A stretch of 64,000 nucleotides of DNA from Candidatus Moraniibacteriota bacterium. GTDB lineage: Bacteria > Patescibacteriota > Minisyncoccia > Moranbacterales > UBA1568. The stretch lies in the NCBI GenBank assembly GCA_016699385.1, contig CP064974.1, forward strand, positions 3,242 through 67,241, given 5' to 3'. Both the position numbers and the translations under genes were made by a program. Position 1 is the first letter of the stretch; each line of letters opens with the position of its first letter. Below the pieces are notes generated by a model. The model made no database searches. It was given only the letters and a program-made list of their open reading frames with translations, and was not told the origin of the DNA. Below, one piece after another: positions 20,770-32,669 of this stretch.

Positions 20770-22268
20770 CCCAAAATTCAATCGTGGAGGAGATTCGGAA
20801 ACGGATCGAACAATTTGAATCGACGGCGAAGCGCGAGGAGACGGGCGCGGTGCTTGAGGTAGGAGATGGTGTTGCGCGTGTCTCTGGACTTGCAAATGTG
20901 GCGGCGGGAGAGATGGTTGAATTTGAGAATGGTGTCTTGGGTATGGCGCTCAATCTCGAAGAAGATATGGCGGGAATCATTCTCTTGGGCGAGGCGGGTG
21001 ACCTCCGAGAAGGAAGCAGTGTCAAATCGACGGGGAAAATCCTCTCGGTTCCAGTTGGGAAAAACATTGTCGGGCGAGTAGTGAATGCGCTTGGGAACCC
21101 AATTGATGGCAGAGGGGAGATCGTGCCCGATGCCTTTCGATCGGTTGAGCGAGTGGCGCCCGGTGTAATGGCTCGCGAATCGGTAAAGCAGCCACTTCAG
21201 ACGGGTATCAAGGCGATTGACGCGCTTATCCCTGTTGGGCGCGGTCAGCGCGAACTCATTATTGGCGATCGACAGACGGGGAAAACCGCGGTAGCGATTG
21301 ATACTATTTTGAATCAAAAGGGTCAGGATGTTCTTTGTTTCTACATTGCCATTGGGCAGAAGGAGTCCAAAGTGGCTCGTATTGTTTCCGAGCTCGAGAA
21401 GGGTGGCGCTATGGAATATACGACAGTCGTTGTTGCGGGTGTGTCGGAGCCGGCAGCGCTTTCGTTTCTCTCTCCCTATTCGGGGTGTGCGATGGCGGAG
21501 TACTTTATGGAGCAGGGGAAGGATGTGCTTATTGTGTACGATGATCTCTCGAAGCATGCGACGGCTTATCGGCAGATATCGCTTATTCTTCGTCGTCCAC
21601 CGGGGCGCGAGGCATATCCGGGCGATGTGTTCTATCTTCATTCGCGACTTCTCGAGCGAAGTGCGAAGCTTTCTAAGGATTTGGATGGTGGGTCGCTCAC
21701 AGCACTCCCAATTATCGAGACACAGGCAGGCGATGTGTCGGCATATATTCCAACGAATGTTATCTCTATTACGGATGGGCAGATTTATCTCGAGTCGGAC
21801 TTGTTCTATAAGGGTATTCGTCCAGCTCTCAATGTAGGGCTTTCTGTTTCGCGTGTGGGGAGTTCGGCGCAAATCAAAGCGATGAAGCAGGTTGCCGGGA
21901 CGCTCCGCTTGGATCTTGCGCAGTTCCGCGAACTCGAAGCCTTTGCGCAGTTTGGGTCGGATCTCGACGAGAAGACGAAAGAGCAGATTGAGCGCGGGAA
22001 GCGAGGTGTTGAAGTTTTGAAACAAAAACAATACGCGCCGCTCTCGGTCGAACAGGAAGTCGCCGTGCTCTATGCGCTCACACGCGGACATCTCGACGAT
22101 GTGGCGGTTGAGAAAGTGAATGAGTGGGAAGAGAAATTCTTCGAATATCTTGATACAGACGGTGAAGATTTTTTCACAGTGCTCGGGAACAAGAAAGCGC
22201 TTGATGAAGAAGTAGAGGGGGTTTTGAAGAAGCATATCGAGACATTCAAGAAGAGTTTTGTCGTTTAG
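20766..22268 (+). CDS. atpA: F0F1 ATP synthase subunit alpha
   Basis: 500 aa, with GDRQTGKT Walker A and a DDLSKHA-containing core. Confidence 0.95.
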   Translation: MTQNSIVEEIRKRIEQFESTAKREETGAVLEVGDGVARVSGLANVAAGEMVEFENGVLGMALNLEEDMAGIILLGEAGDLREGSSVKSTGKILSVPVGKNIVGRVVNALGNPIDGRGEIVPDAFRSVERVAPGVMARESVKQPLQTGIKAIDALIPVGRGQRELIIGDRQTGKTAVAIDTILNQKGQDVLCFYIAIGQKESKVARIVSELEKGGAMEYTTVVVAGVSEPAALSFLSPYSGCAMAEYFMEQGKDVLIVYDDLSKHATAYRQISLILRRPPGREAYPGDVFYLHSRLLERSAKLSKDLDGGSLTALPIIETQAGDVSAYIPTNVISITDGQIYLESDLFYKGIRPALNVGLSVSRVGSSAQIKAMKQVAGTLRLDLAQFRELEAFAQFGSDLDEKTKEQIERGKRGVEVLKQKQYAPLSVEQEVAVLYALTRGHLDDVAVEKVNEWEEKFFEYLDTDGEDFFTVLGNKKALDEEVEGVLKKHIETFKKSFVV

Positions 22269-22271
22269 AGT

Positions 22272-24595
<2,324 letters not shown>

Positions 24596-24669
24596 TATCG
24601 ACGCATTTTAATTTCTGCTATCTTGGAAGCTGTTGAGACCGCAGGAAAAGATTTCAGCCTATAATTGCT

Positions 24670-25116
24670 ATGAAATCCATAAAATTTTCATTGGTGACGC
24701 CGGAGCGGAAGCTTCTTGAAGAAGAGGTGCTCCAAGTGACACTCCCGACAGAAGCGGGCGAGGTGACGATATTGCCGGACCATATTCCGTATATCGCGAC
24801 GCTCAAGTCTGGCGAGGCTCGCGTCGAGACTGTGCGTGGCGAGTCGCAGCACTTTGTTGTGTTGGGTGGCTTTGTCGAATTTCACGACAATGCGCTCTCC
24901 GTCTTGGCAGACGCGGCGGAGCGTGCCGATGAGATAGACCTCGAACGCGCACGAGTTGCAGAGGAAAGAGCGCGCGAAATTCGCGAGAAGAAAATCGACG
25001 TTTCTGCCGAAGAGCAGGAAGTGGCAGTTGCAGCACTTGAGCGTGCCTGGGCACGGCTTCATGTTGCCAAGAAACATCGTAGTCACCGCAGCGTGAATCC
25101 AGAAACGAGCGTGTAG
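24670..25116 (+). CDS. atpC: F0F1 ATP synthase subunit epsilon
   Basis: 148 aa, with an N-terminal beta-sandwich-like region and a C-terminal helical hairpin. It is the last gene of the cluster. Confidence 0.8.
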   Translation: MKSIKFSLVTPERKLLEEEVLQVTLPTEAGEVTILPDHIPYIATLKSGEARVETVRGESQHFVVLGGFVEFHDNALSVLADAAERADEIDLERARVAEERAREIREKKIDVSAEEQEVAVAALERAWARLHVAKKHRSHRSVNPETSV

Positions 25117-25393
25117 ACATTCTCTTTCAAAGTGAAAGCAACGTGAAAATCGCTCTACCGATGAAGGAGTTTTAGTTGAATCAATGGGAATTCTTCTTGC
25201 AGCGTTGAGATTTCTCGGTGTTGATTGAAGTGACAGCTTTTTTGTTTGGTTGCTCAAGAAAGAAGGATTGTTGTTATTTCATATACAGTGGGTTAGGAAA
25301 ACCTCCTTGATTTCCTGCTCGCGTGATACTTGTTGGAATTTTCTTTATAAATTTTCCGGTGTATACTAAAGATACAATTTGTAAACAATTCCT

Positions 25394-26509
25394 ATGAATC
25401 AAGAATTTTTTGTAAAAATGACACGATGGGTAGCATATGCTGCGGTCGGAGTGTTGTTGATAGCGATATTTCTCGTTTTCTTTGGTAGGGGAGGTTTTCG
25501 TGGGGCGCAGTATCAGCGAGGCATTGGTTCCGGTGGAGGTGTTTCCAAAGGAGCATTGTCTTGGCAGGGGATGGGAGACATGATGAGAGACGATGTTGCT
25601 GATGAAAGTGTTCCTCCTAACAGAGTGACTGCTCCTATGATGGCGGTTGACAATCTGTCTGGAACGGAGCCATCAGGAAAGATGATGGCGGAGAATCAAT
25701 CTGTATCGACTGTTGCACTAGACGTTGCGAGTCCGTCACCTCTTGATGGAGAGAAACGAGTAGTGCGAAGTGGTGCGCTTTCGATTCGCGTCGAAGACGC
25801 TGAGTGGTCGGCGGATGAGATTGATCGTATCGCGACGCGTCTCGGTGGATTTACCGCTTCTCGATCATTGAGCAGTGATGTGCCAGGGTATCCGATGCCG
25901 ATGATGCAGGATGAGTCCTTGGGATATAGCGTGTCAAAGCGCGCGTCGAATTCGGCGCAGACCGGTTTTGTGACTATCAATGTTCCATCAGAGAAATTTT
26001 CCGAGGCGAACGCGGCTATTCGAGGCATTGCGAGTGTCGTTCTGAGCGAGTCGTCGTCGGCGAGTGATGTGACGGCGCAATTTGCTGATCTCGAAGCGCG
26101 TATCAAGAATAAGTATGCCGAAGAAGAAGCTTTTACAAAAATTCTCAATACGACATCGGGGAAGGTGTCGGATGTGCTTGAAGTGACGCGTGAGCTCTCG
26201 CGTGTTCGCGGTGAAATTGAACAGCTCGAAACGCAGAAAAAGTACATGGCATCGCAAACCGACATGGCATCAATCACTATTTCTTTGAGTGAGGATGCGC
26301 AAGTGGGCACGACCACAAATACCTGGCGACCATGGCAGACGGTGAAGGCGGCAACGAACGCGCTCATATCGCAGTTTCGAAATTTCATCGATGGAGCTAT
26401 CTACTTCGTAGTCTCAGTGGTGCCAGTATTCCTTTTGTACCTTCTCGGTGTGTATGTGTTGTATCGGATCGGGAAGAGTGTATACCAGAAGATGAGGACA
26501 TCGAATTAG
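25394..26509 (+). CDS. membrane-anchored DUF4349-like protein
   Basis: N-terminal TM helix, a central coiled-coil region (RVRGEIEQLETQKKYMASQTDMASITISL) and a C-terminal TM helix. This architecture is typical of DUF4349. Confidence 0.5.
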   Translation: MNQEFFVKMTRWVAYAAVGVLLIAIFLVFFGRGGFRGAQYQRGIGSGGGVSKGALSWQGMGDMMRDDVADESVPPNRVTAPMMAVDNLSGTEPSGKMMAENQSVSTVALDVASPSPLDGEKRVVRSGALSIRVEDAEWSADEIDRIATRLGGFTASRSLSSDVPGYPMPMMQDESLGYSVSKRASNSAQTGFVTINVPSEKFSEANAAIRGIASVVLSESSSASDVTAQFADLEARIKNKYAEEEAFTKILNTTSGKVSDVLEVTRELSRVRGEIEQLETQKKYMASQTDMASITISLSEDAQVGTTTNTWRPWQTVKAATNALISQFRNFIDGAIYFVVSVVPVFLLYLLGVYVLYRIGKSVYQKMRTSN

Positions 26510-26561
26510 TTCTTGATTTCCGTGTTGACAGTGGTTCTTTTGAATAGAGAAGGAGATTGCA

Positions 26562-27017
26562 ATGAAGCGGTATGTATGGGTAGTGCCATTTCCACAGAGA
26601 TCTGACGACTGCGGTAAGCATAGTGATGAATACTGGAAGTTGTGGACGTATATCCAGGAGATTTATGGCGGAGGGGCTTGTGCTGCTGCGTATGCTCCAG
26701 AGAAAGGCTCTCGATGGACTTTAGTGGTCGAATATCTCAACAAGATATTTTTGGAGCAAAGGAATGATCCTTTCGCATTGAATTTCTTGGCTCGTTGTTA
26801 TGCTGAAGGAGAGGGTGTTGAGCGTGACATGAAAAAAGCGCGGCAGGGCTTTTTGGATGCTGGAAACCTTTTGCTCCCAGTGGCATGGTTTAATCTCGGA
26901 ATACTCCATTCTTTAGAATGCAACCCGAATTTTATTGAAGTGGTTAATTGTTTTACCATGGGGAAGCGATTGGGATGTTCTTTTTGTGCAAATAAGATAT
27001 CTGCTCTCGGAGCATAG
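26562..27017 (+). CDS. Sel1/TPR-like repeat protein
   Basis: 151-aa ORF with ALNFLARCYAEGEGVERDMKKARQGF, which resembles a Sel1-type repeat. Confidence 0.35.
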   Translation: MKRYVWVVPFPQRSDDCGKHSDEYWKLWTYIQEIYGGGACAAAYAPEKGSRWTLVVEYLNKIFLEQRNDPFALNFLARCYAEGEGVERDMKKARQGFLDAGNLLLPVAWFNLGILHSLECNPNFIEVVNCFTMGKRLGCSFCANKISALGA

Positions 27018-27113
27018 TTTGAGGGGCTCGTGAAGTAATACGAGCCCTGTTTTCATATTTGTCAACATTGAAAACTTTGCTCTGACGCGATAGGATGGGG
27101 GTATTCTTGTGAA

Positions 27114-30077
27114 ATGTCTATGAATGCAAAATACGATCCGAAAGAAGTTGAGTTTAAGTGGCAAAAACTTTGGGAAGAGGAAGAATTTTTCCATGCGAAG
27201 ACAGGTGCGGAGAAGCAGAAATTCTATGCACTCGTTGAGTTTCCGTATCCGTCGGGCGAGGGGTTGCACGTGGGGCATGTCCGACCGTATGTGGCACTCG
27301 ATGCGGTAGCACGGAAGCGTCGGATGGAGGGGTATGAAGTGATTTATCCATTTGGGTGGGATGCCTTTGGGCTTCCGACGGAGAATTACGCCGTAAAACA
27401 CAGTATTCATCCGGAGGTGGTGACGAAAAGGAATACGGATAATTTTCGCAGACAGGTTAAAAATATCGGGATATCTTTCGACTGGTTTCGGGAAATCAAT
27501 ACGACGGATCCGGCATACTACAAATGGACGCAGTGGATTTTCCTTCAGCTTTTTAAACATGACTTGGCGTACAAAACAAAGATGGATATCAACTGGTGTC
27601 CGTCGTGTCGGATTGGACTTGCCAATGAAGAGGCGATTGGCGGCGTGTGCGAGCGGTGTGGTGGATCGACGGAGAGACGCGAAAAGGAACAATGGATGCT
27701 GGCGATTACCAAGTATGCCGACCGACTCGATCGCGATCTCGATACGGTGGATTATCTTGACCGCGTGAAAACACAACAGCGCAATTGGATTGGACGGAGC
27801 GAGGGAGTGATTGTGAAATTTTACATCAGGGATATAGAAAAGGGTGTTCCCTTCTCTCACTCTGAAGTACCGGAGAGCTCCCCTCAGGCAGGGGAGCAGG
27901 AGAAATGTATCGAAGTTTTTACTACGAGAGTGGATACGATTTTCGGTTGCACGTATGTGGTTGTGGCGCCGGAGCACCCGCTTCTTAAAGAGAAAGAAAT
28001 CGGAATCGAAAATTTGGCAGAGGTTCGGGAATATGCGGACACCGTGAAGAAGAAAACCGAACAAGATCGCCTGGATGCAACGAAAGAAAAGACTGGCGTG
28101 AAGCTTGAGGGAGTAGAAGCAGTGAACCCCTTTACCGGTGAAGGCGTGCCGGTCTTTGTCGCGGATTATGTCCTCGGGAATTATGGCACGGGTGCGGTGA
28201 TGGCAGTGCCAGCGCATGATGAGCGGGACTTCGAATTTGCAAAGAAGCATGGATTACCGATTCGACAGTCAGTTGCACCGTTCTTTTCGAATACTGAAGG
28301 AAAGGATGCAATACAATCGGATAAACCGACCGTGAGGAGAAAAACAGCATTTTCTTTCGTGAGACACTGGAAGGAGGATAAGTACCTTTGTCTTAATTGG
28401 GAGAAATTCGGTTGGCATTCGGGGGTTATCGGTGGCATTGAAGAAGGGGAGTCTCCTGTTGAGGCGGCGATACGAGAAATTATTGAGGAGACAGGATATA
28501 AGCATCCGAGATTTGAGAAATTTGTCGGAGGGGAAGTGCACACGAATTTCTACGCGGCACATAAGGATGTGAATAGATATGCAGAAGGCGTTGGCATGTT
28601 GTTTATGCTTGAAAATGATGCATGGGAAAAGCCAAAAGACGAAGAGACGATACATCATGAAGCGATATGGATTGACCGAAAAGAAATGGATTCATTTTTG
28701 AATCTTCGAAACTTTCAATATATGTGGGAGATTTTGAAGACAGGGAAAGATTGTTTTATTGATGAAGGCATCCTTATCAATTCTGGTGAATTTTCTGGGC
28801 TGAAATCCGAAGAGGCGCGGGAGAAAATGACGGCGTGGCTCACGAAGGAAAAACTCGGAAAGAAACAGGTGAATTACAAATTGCGCGATTGGGTGTTCTC
28901 GCGGCAACGATATTGGGGGGAGCCGATTCCGCTGGTGTTTTGTCCTGCCTGTGCCAAAGCTACAGCGGGCAAGAAAAACTCCGGATGGATACCACTTCCC
29001 GAAGAAGAGTTGCCTCTAAAATTGCCACAAGTAAAGTCATATGTGCCGACGGAAACAGGAGAATCGCCTCTGGCGGCAATGGAAGACTGGGTGAAGACGA
29101 CATGTCCCATCTGCGGCGGTCCCGCGCGGCGTGAGACGGACACGATGCCGAATTGGGCGGGATCGAGTTGGTACTATTTGCGCTATACAGATCCGGGGAA
29201 TGTGGAGGCGCTTGCAGGCAAAGAGGCACTCGCGTATTGGACGCCAGTTGATTGGTACAATGGCGGGATGGAACATACGACATTGCATTTGCTCTACTCA
29301 CGATTTTGGCACAAATTTCTCTACGATATTGGTGTTGTGCCGACATCGGAGCCGTATATGAAGCGCACGTCACATGGACTTATTCTTGCCGAGGGCGGAG
29401 TCAAGATGAGTAAGTCCAAGGGGAATGTGGTAAATCCGGACGATATTGTCCGGCGCTTTGGTGCAGACACTCTGCGCGCCTATGAAATGTTTATGGGACC
29501 GTTTGATCAGGCGGTTGCGTGGAGTGAAGAGAGTATCGCCGGGTCGCGGCGGTTCTTGGAGAAGGTGTGGAAGATGCAATTCAACGTTAATCATAAAAAG
29601 GCACCTGTTGAAGATAAAGATCTCAACGCTTTGCTTCATAAGACGATTAAGAAAGTATCGGAAGATATCGAAGAAATGCGGTTCAATACGGCGGTGTCGG
29701 CGCTGATGATTCTGGCGAATGAGATGGAAAAACAAGAAAGCGTTTCTCTCGATGTCTATTCTACATTTTTGCTTCTCCTCTCGCCTTTTGCGCCGCATAT
29801 TGCGGAAGAACTCTGGCACTTGCTGGGAAACAAGAAATCGCTTATGTTGGGATGTTGGCCTAAAGCCGACCCTCGCTTTCTTGTTGCTGAGGCGGTTGAG
29901 GTGGTGGTGCAGGTAAACGGCAAGCTTCGCGCGAGGCTTCGGATTTCAGCAGGTACTTCGCGAGAAGATGTTGAGCGTTTGGCTCGTGAGGAAAGGACGG
30001 TCCAGCAGTACCTCGAAAACGCAACTGTTCGAAACGTAGTTTTCGTTCCGAATCGGCTGGTGAACTTTGTGATTTGA
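27114..30077 (+). CDS. leuS: leucyl-tRNA synthetase with an inserted Nudix hydrolase domain
   Basis: 987 aa, with the HIGH region (PYPSGEGLHVGHVRPY), a CP1 editing domain and KMSKSKGN. Between the editing domain and the leucyl-specific region (about nt 28270..28760) lies an insert of about 165 aa. The insert contains a perfect Nudix box, GGIEEGESPVEAAIREIIEETGY (G-x5-E-x7-REUxEExGU). Confidence 0.9.
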   Translation: MSMNAKYDPKEVEFKWQKLWEEEEFFHAKTGAEKQKFYALVEFPYPSGEGLHVGHVRPYVALDAVARKRRMEGYEVIYPFGWDAFGLPTENYAVKHSIHPEVVTKRNTDNFRRQVKNIGISFDWFREINTTDPAYYKWTQWIFLQLFKHDLAYKTKMDINWCPSCRIGLANEEAIGGVCERCGGSTERREKEQWMLAITKYADRLDRDLDTVDYLDRVKTQQRNWIGRSEGVIVKFYIRDIEKGVPFSHSEVPESSPQAGEQEKCIEVFTTRVDTIFGCTYVVVAPEHPLLKEKEIGIENLAEVREYADTVKKKTEQDRLDATKEKTGVKLEGVEAVNPFTGEGVPVFVADYVLGNYGTGAVMAVPAHDERDFEFAKKHGLPIRQSVAPFFSNTEGKDAIQSDKPTVRRKTAFSFVRHWKEDKYLCLNWEKFGWHSGVIGGIEEGESPVEAAIREIIEETGYKHPRFEKFVGGEVHTNFYAAHKDVNRYAEGVGMLFMLENDAWEKPKDEETIHHEAIWIDRKEMDSFLNLRNFQYMWEILKTGKDCFIDEGILINSGEFSGLKSEEAREKMTAWLTKEKLGKKQVNYKLRDWVFSRQRYWGEPIPLVFCPACAKATAGKKNSGWIPLPEEELPLKLPQVKSYVPTETGESPLAAMEDWVKTTCPICGGPARRETDTMPNWAGSSWYYLRYTDPGNVEALAGKEALAYWTPVDWYNGGMEHTTLHLLYSRFWHKFLYDIGVVPTSEPYMKRTSHGLILAEGGVKMSKSKGNVVNPDDIVRRFGADTLRAYEMFMGPFDQAVAWSEESIAGSRRFLEKVWKMQFNVNHKKAPVEDKDLNALLHKTIKKVSEDIEEMRFNTAVSALMILANEMEKQESVSLDVYSTFLLLLSPFAPHIAEELWHLLGNKKSLMLGCWPKADPRFLVAEAVEVVVQVNGKLRARLRISAGTSREDVERLAREERTVQQYLENATVRNVVFVPNRLVNFVI

Positions 30078-30092
30078 TCTGGAGGATGTTGC

Positions 30093-30776
30093 ATGACAAC
30101 TAAAGTAAGTAAGCAATGCGGTAAATATTGTCTTCCCAGAAAGAGTGAACTCAAATCGTTGCTTCGGAATAAGCGCTTGATTGGATTGATTCTGAGTATT
30201 GTTCTGACGGCGTATCTTGATCAAGAATCGCCAGGAAATCGTGAGTCGATGGCTTTTGCGCGAGAGTGGCTTGAAAGTCTTGCGCGTGAACAGATATGGC
30301 TCCTGCTCCTCTTGGTGAAAAGTTCGAGGCGATCAGAAAGGCTGAAACCGGGAAAAGTACAGGAAGCATTACGGGCTGATATGGTGAGTCGACCAGCGTC
30401 TCTTGCTATTTCCATTCGCAGTCCCAAAGATCATGGCAGCACAGATTTGACACTTATCGACGTCCTTCCGGAAGGAGAAGACTCAACGGACCGTATCCAG
30501 TGTGAGTATGATTGCTCCTTGCTTCGAAGGAAGATTTGGAAACGTGTTGCTGAAGCGAATCTTTCCGGTGATGAGTGTCGTCTTCTCAAAATGCTCCTCG
30601 AAGAAAATTTTGATATTCGTGATGTGAAACGAGAAGGATTCTTTGTGGAAAAGAAGGGAAAGAATGGGATAATGAAAAGAAAGAAATTTGTTTCTACTGA
30701 GGTTGATAAAATGTATCGAAGAATACTTCGGAAACTCAGGTGTCAGGAGCTTCGGGACTTTGTGGGTGAACTCTGA
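30093..30776 (+). CDS. hypothetical protein (possible C-terminal HTH, sigma region-4-like)
   Basis: 227-aa ORF directly after leuS. ANLSGDECRLLKMLLEENFDIRDV...MYRRILRKLR weakly resembles a sigma-70 region-4 HTH. Otherwise unrecognised. Confidence 0.4.
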   Translation: MTTKVSKQCGKYCLPRKSELKSLLRNKRLIGLILSIVLTAYLDQESPGNRESMAFAREWLESLAREQIWLLLLLVKSSRRSERLKPGKVQEALRADMVSRPASLAISIRSPKDHGSTDLTLIDVLPEGEDSTDRIQCEYDCSLLRRKIWKRVAEANLSGDECRLLKMLLEENFDIRDVKREGFFVEKKGKNGIMKRKKFVSTEVDKMYRRILRKLRCQELRDFVGEL

Positions 30777-30788
30777 AATATTTCGCCA

Positions 30789-30815
30789 GGCGCTTCTAGT
30801 GGAAGCGCTTTTTTC
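30789..30815 (+). terminator. rho-independent terminator
   Basis: ggcgcttc-tagtg-gaagcgc hairpin followed by tttttt, 13 nt after the 30776 stop. Confidence 0.7.
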
Positions 30816-30835
30816 TTTGGATTCTATCGCTAATA

Positions 30836-30865
30836 TTGACATCTGTACCCTGGTATCGGTAGGAT
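30836..30865 (+). promoter_or_regulatory. candidate promoter (TTGACA-18-TAGGAT) preceding a roughly 250-nt structured leader of pyrE
   Basis: TTGACA at 30836..30841. Downstream hairpins include ccccag-gaacct-ctgggg and a GAGAGGUU element. No tRNA-like fold was found in the leader. Confidence 0.3.
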
Positions 30866-31076
30866 GAAAGCGAACCCCAGGAACCTCTGGGGTGGAACTT
30901 TACCAATACAAGATGAGAGGTTGCACGGTGGGAATTGCCAGTCGTTATTGTGTGGATTGCGGGCGTTCGATTTCCGCTTGCATGAGATTTGTCTTGGCAG
31001 TAGACTTTGTTATTTTTGCTGAGTCAATGAGGAACTGAGGAAATTTTCTTGGTAGCGTTCGTGAACGATGTGACCG

Positions 31077-31775
31077 ATGTGTCGAAAAAATTCTTCAAGA
31101 AGAGGTGTTGTTCTCATGAAAGAGTATGCAAAGAAGTTCCTTGAAGTAGCGTTTGAGTACGACGCTCTTCAGCTTGGGCAATTTGAATTGAAGTCAGGGA
31201 GAATAAGCCCCTACTTCTTCAATGTAGGCATGCTTCGGAGCGGGGACGCTCTCAGGCGTATGGGAGATTGCTATGCGCAGGTTCTTTGCGCTGAGGAATT
31301 CTTTACGGAAGAGGATGCTCCGATACTCTTCGGTCCTGCCTATAAGGGACTATTGATTGCTGTGGCGACGGCGATTTCTCTCACTGAATATGGCGAAAAC
31401 GCTCTTTTCTCATCTTTACGGAAAGAGAAAAAAGAACATGGGGAGGGAGGTATCTGTATTGGACAACCTATCGACAACCGTCACGTGGTTGTTCTGGAGG
31501 ATGTTGTATCCGGAGGCGAAACGATCCGCAACGTACTGCGATACATTCGAAGTCTCCGTGGCTTTCCGGTGGGCACTGTGATTGGTTTTGATCGTCAGGA
31601 ACGCGATATGGTGGGCGGTCAACCAGTCATACAGGTTCTTCGTCGGGAGTTGGGAGTGCGAATTGAAAGTATCGCTACATTGTCGGATATGTGTGAATTT
31701 GTTCGTAATCACAGGAAGTACCGACTTTTTTTTGAACCTCTAAATGCCTATCGGGAAGAGTTCTGTGTTTCCTAG
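31077..31775 (+). CDS. pyrE: orotate phosphoribosyltransferase
   Basis: FELKSGRISPYFFN and the PRPP-binding VVVLEDVVSGGETI motif. The likely start is the ATG at 31116 (MKEYAKKF), which is preceded by a GAGGTG RBS. Confidence 0.85.
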   Translation: MCRKNSSRRGVVLMKEYAKKFLEVAFEYDALQLGQFELKSGRISPYFFNVGMLRSGDALRRMGDCYAQVLCAEEFFTEEDAPILFGPAYKGLLIAVATAISLTEYGENALFSSLRKEKKEHGEGGICIGQPIDNRHVVVLEDVVSGGETIRNVLRYIRSLRGFPVGTVIGFDRQERDMVGGQPVIQVLRRELGVRIESIATLSDMCEFVRNHRKYRLFFEPLNAYREEFCVS

Positions 31776-31798
31776 CCGAAAAGCTTTTGTGTTTTTCA

Positions 31799-31840
31799 GA
31801 CTGGACATCTTATTTATTAGGAATCCAGTCTTCTTTTTTT
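31799..31840 (+). terminator. rho-independent terminator
   Basis: gactgga ... tccagtc is a 7-bp perfect inverted repeat (17-nt loop), followed by ttcttttttt. Confidence 0.55.
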
Positions 31841-31901
31841 GAGCATGACAAGAGTTGCTTGGTCTGCTATCATGGAGGAATATTTTTGAAACTTTTGGTA
31901 T

Positions 31902-32558
31902 ATGCATTCTATTCTTCCGACGCTGATTCCATTTGAACGACCGCTTGTGGTATTTGACCTTGAAACAACGGGACTCTCAGCGGGGGAGGATAGGACGGTG
32001 GAGATTGCCTATCAGAAAATCATGCCGAGTGGGCAAGTGATTGCGGCGGTACAGCGGATTAATCCCTTGCGACCGATACCCAAGGATGCGACGGCGGTGC
32101 ATGGGATTACCGATGAGGACGTTGCGAACTCGCCTTCCTTTGCCAAACTTTGCTATGAACTCTGGAGTATTTTTGAAGGGGTGGATGTCGGTGGGTTCAA
32201 TGTGTATGGATACGATCTACCCTTCTTACGTGCTGAGTTTGCGACGGTAGGGAAGAATTTCGATTATTCGAATCGGAAAATCCTCGATGCGAAGTTTATC
32301 TTTCATAAGTTTGCTCCACGCGACATGGTGTCTCGGCGGGATTTGTCGGCGGCGACCAAAGAGTATTGTGGCGAGGTTCATACGAGTGCGCATACGGCCG
32401 AAGGGGATGTCGCTGTGACAGTCAAAGTGCTCGAAAAACAATTGGAGCGACATCCGGAATTCCGCAATTGGGATGCCGTGATGAATCTCTTGGGACGGCG
32501 GAAGTCAGTAGAAGTGGAGATGCCAGCTCCTCAGGCATCACGCGGAACGTTATTTTAG
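31902..32558 (+). CDS. DEDDh 3'-5' exonuclease (DnaQ/epsilon-like)
   Basis: The three Exo motifs are present: VFDLETTGL, YGYDLPFL and HTAEGDVAV. Confidence 0.8.
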   Translation: MHSILPTLIPFERPLVVFDLETTGLSAGEDRTVEIAYQKIMPSGQVIAAVQRINPLRPIPKDATAVHGITDEDVANSPSFAKLCYELWSIFEGVDVGGFNVYGYDLPFLRAEFATVGKNFDYSNRKILDAKFIFHKFAPRDMVSRRDLSAATKEYCGEVHTSAHTAEGDVAVTVKVLEKQLERHPEFRNWDAVMNLLGRRKSVEVEMPAPQASRGTLF

Positions 32559-32669
32559 ATAATCTTTGAAAGACCTATTTTTCTGACAAAGTTAGTTTTT
32601 TGTGGGTTTCGGATGAAGAGTGTTTATGTGGTATACTGGATGCGACAGTCTTTTTTGTAAGCGTTTTCC

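Noticed and set aside
30860-31076. tRNA / tmRNA / SRP RNA in the leader upstream of pyrE (contains GTTCGATTT next to a GCGGG stem)
   Set aside because: The T-arm-like element has a 9-nt loop. No acceptor stem, anticodon arm or CCA-compatible 3' end can be built. The SRP domain-IV AGCAGC motif is absent.
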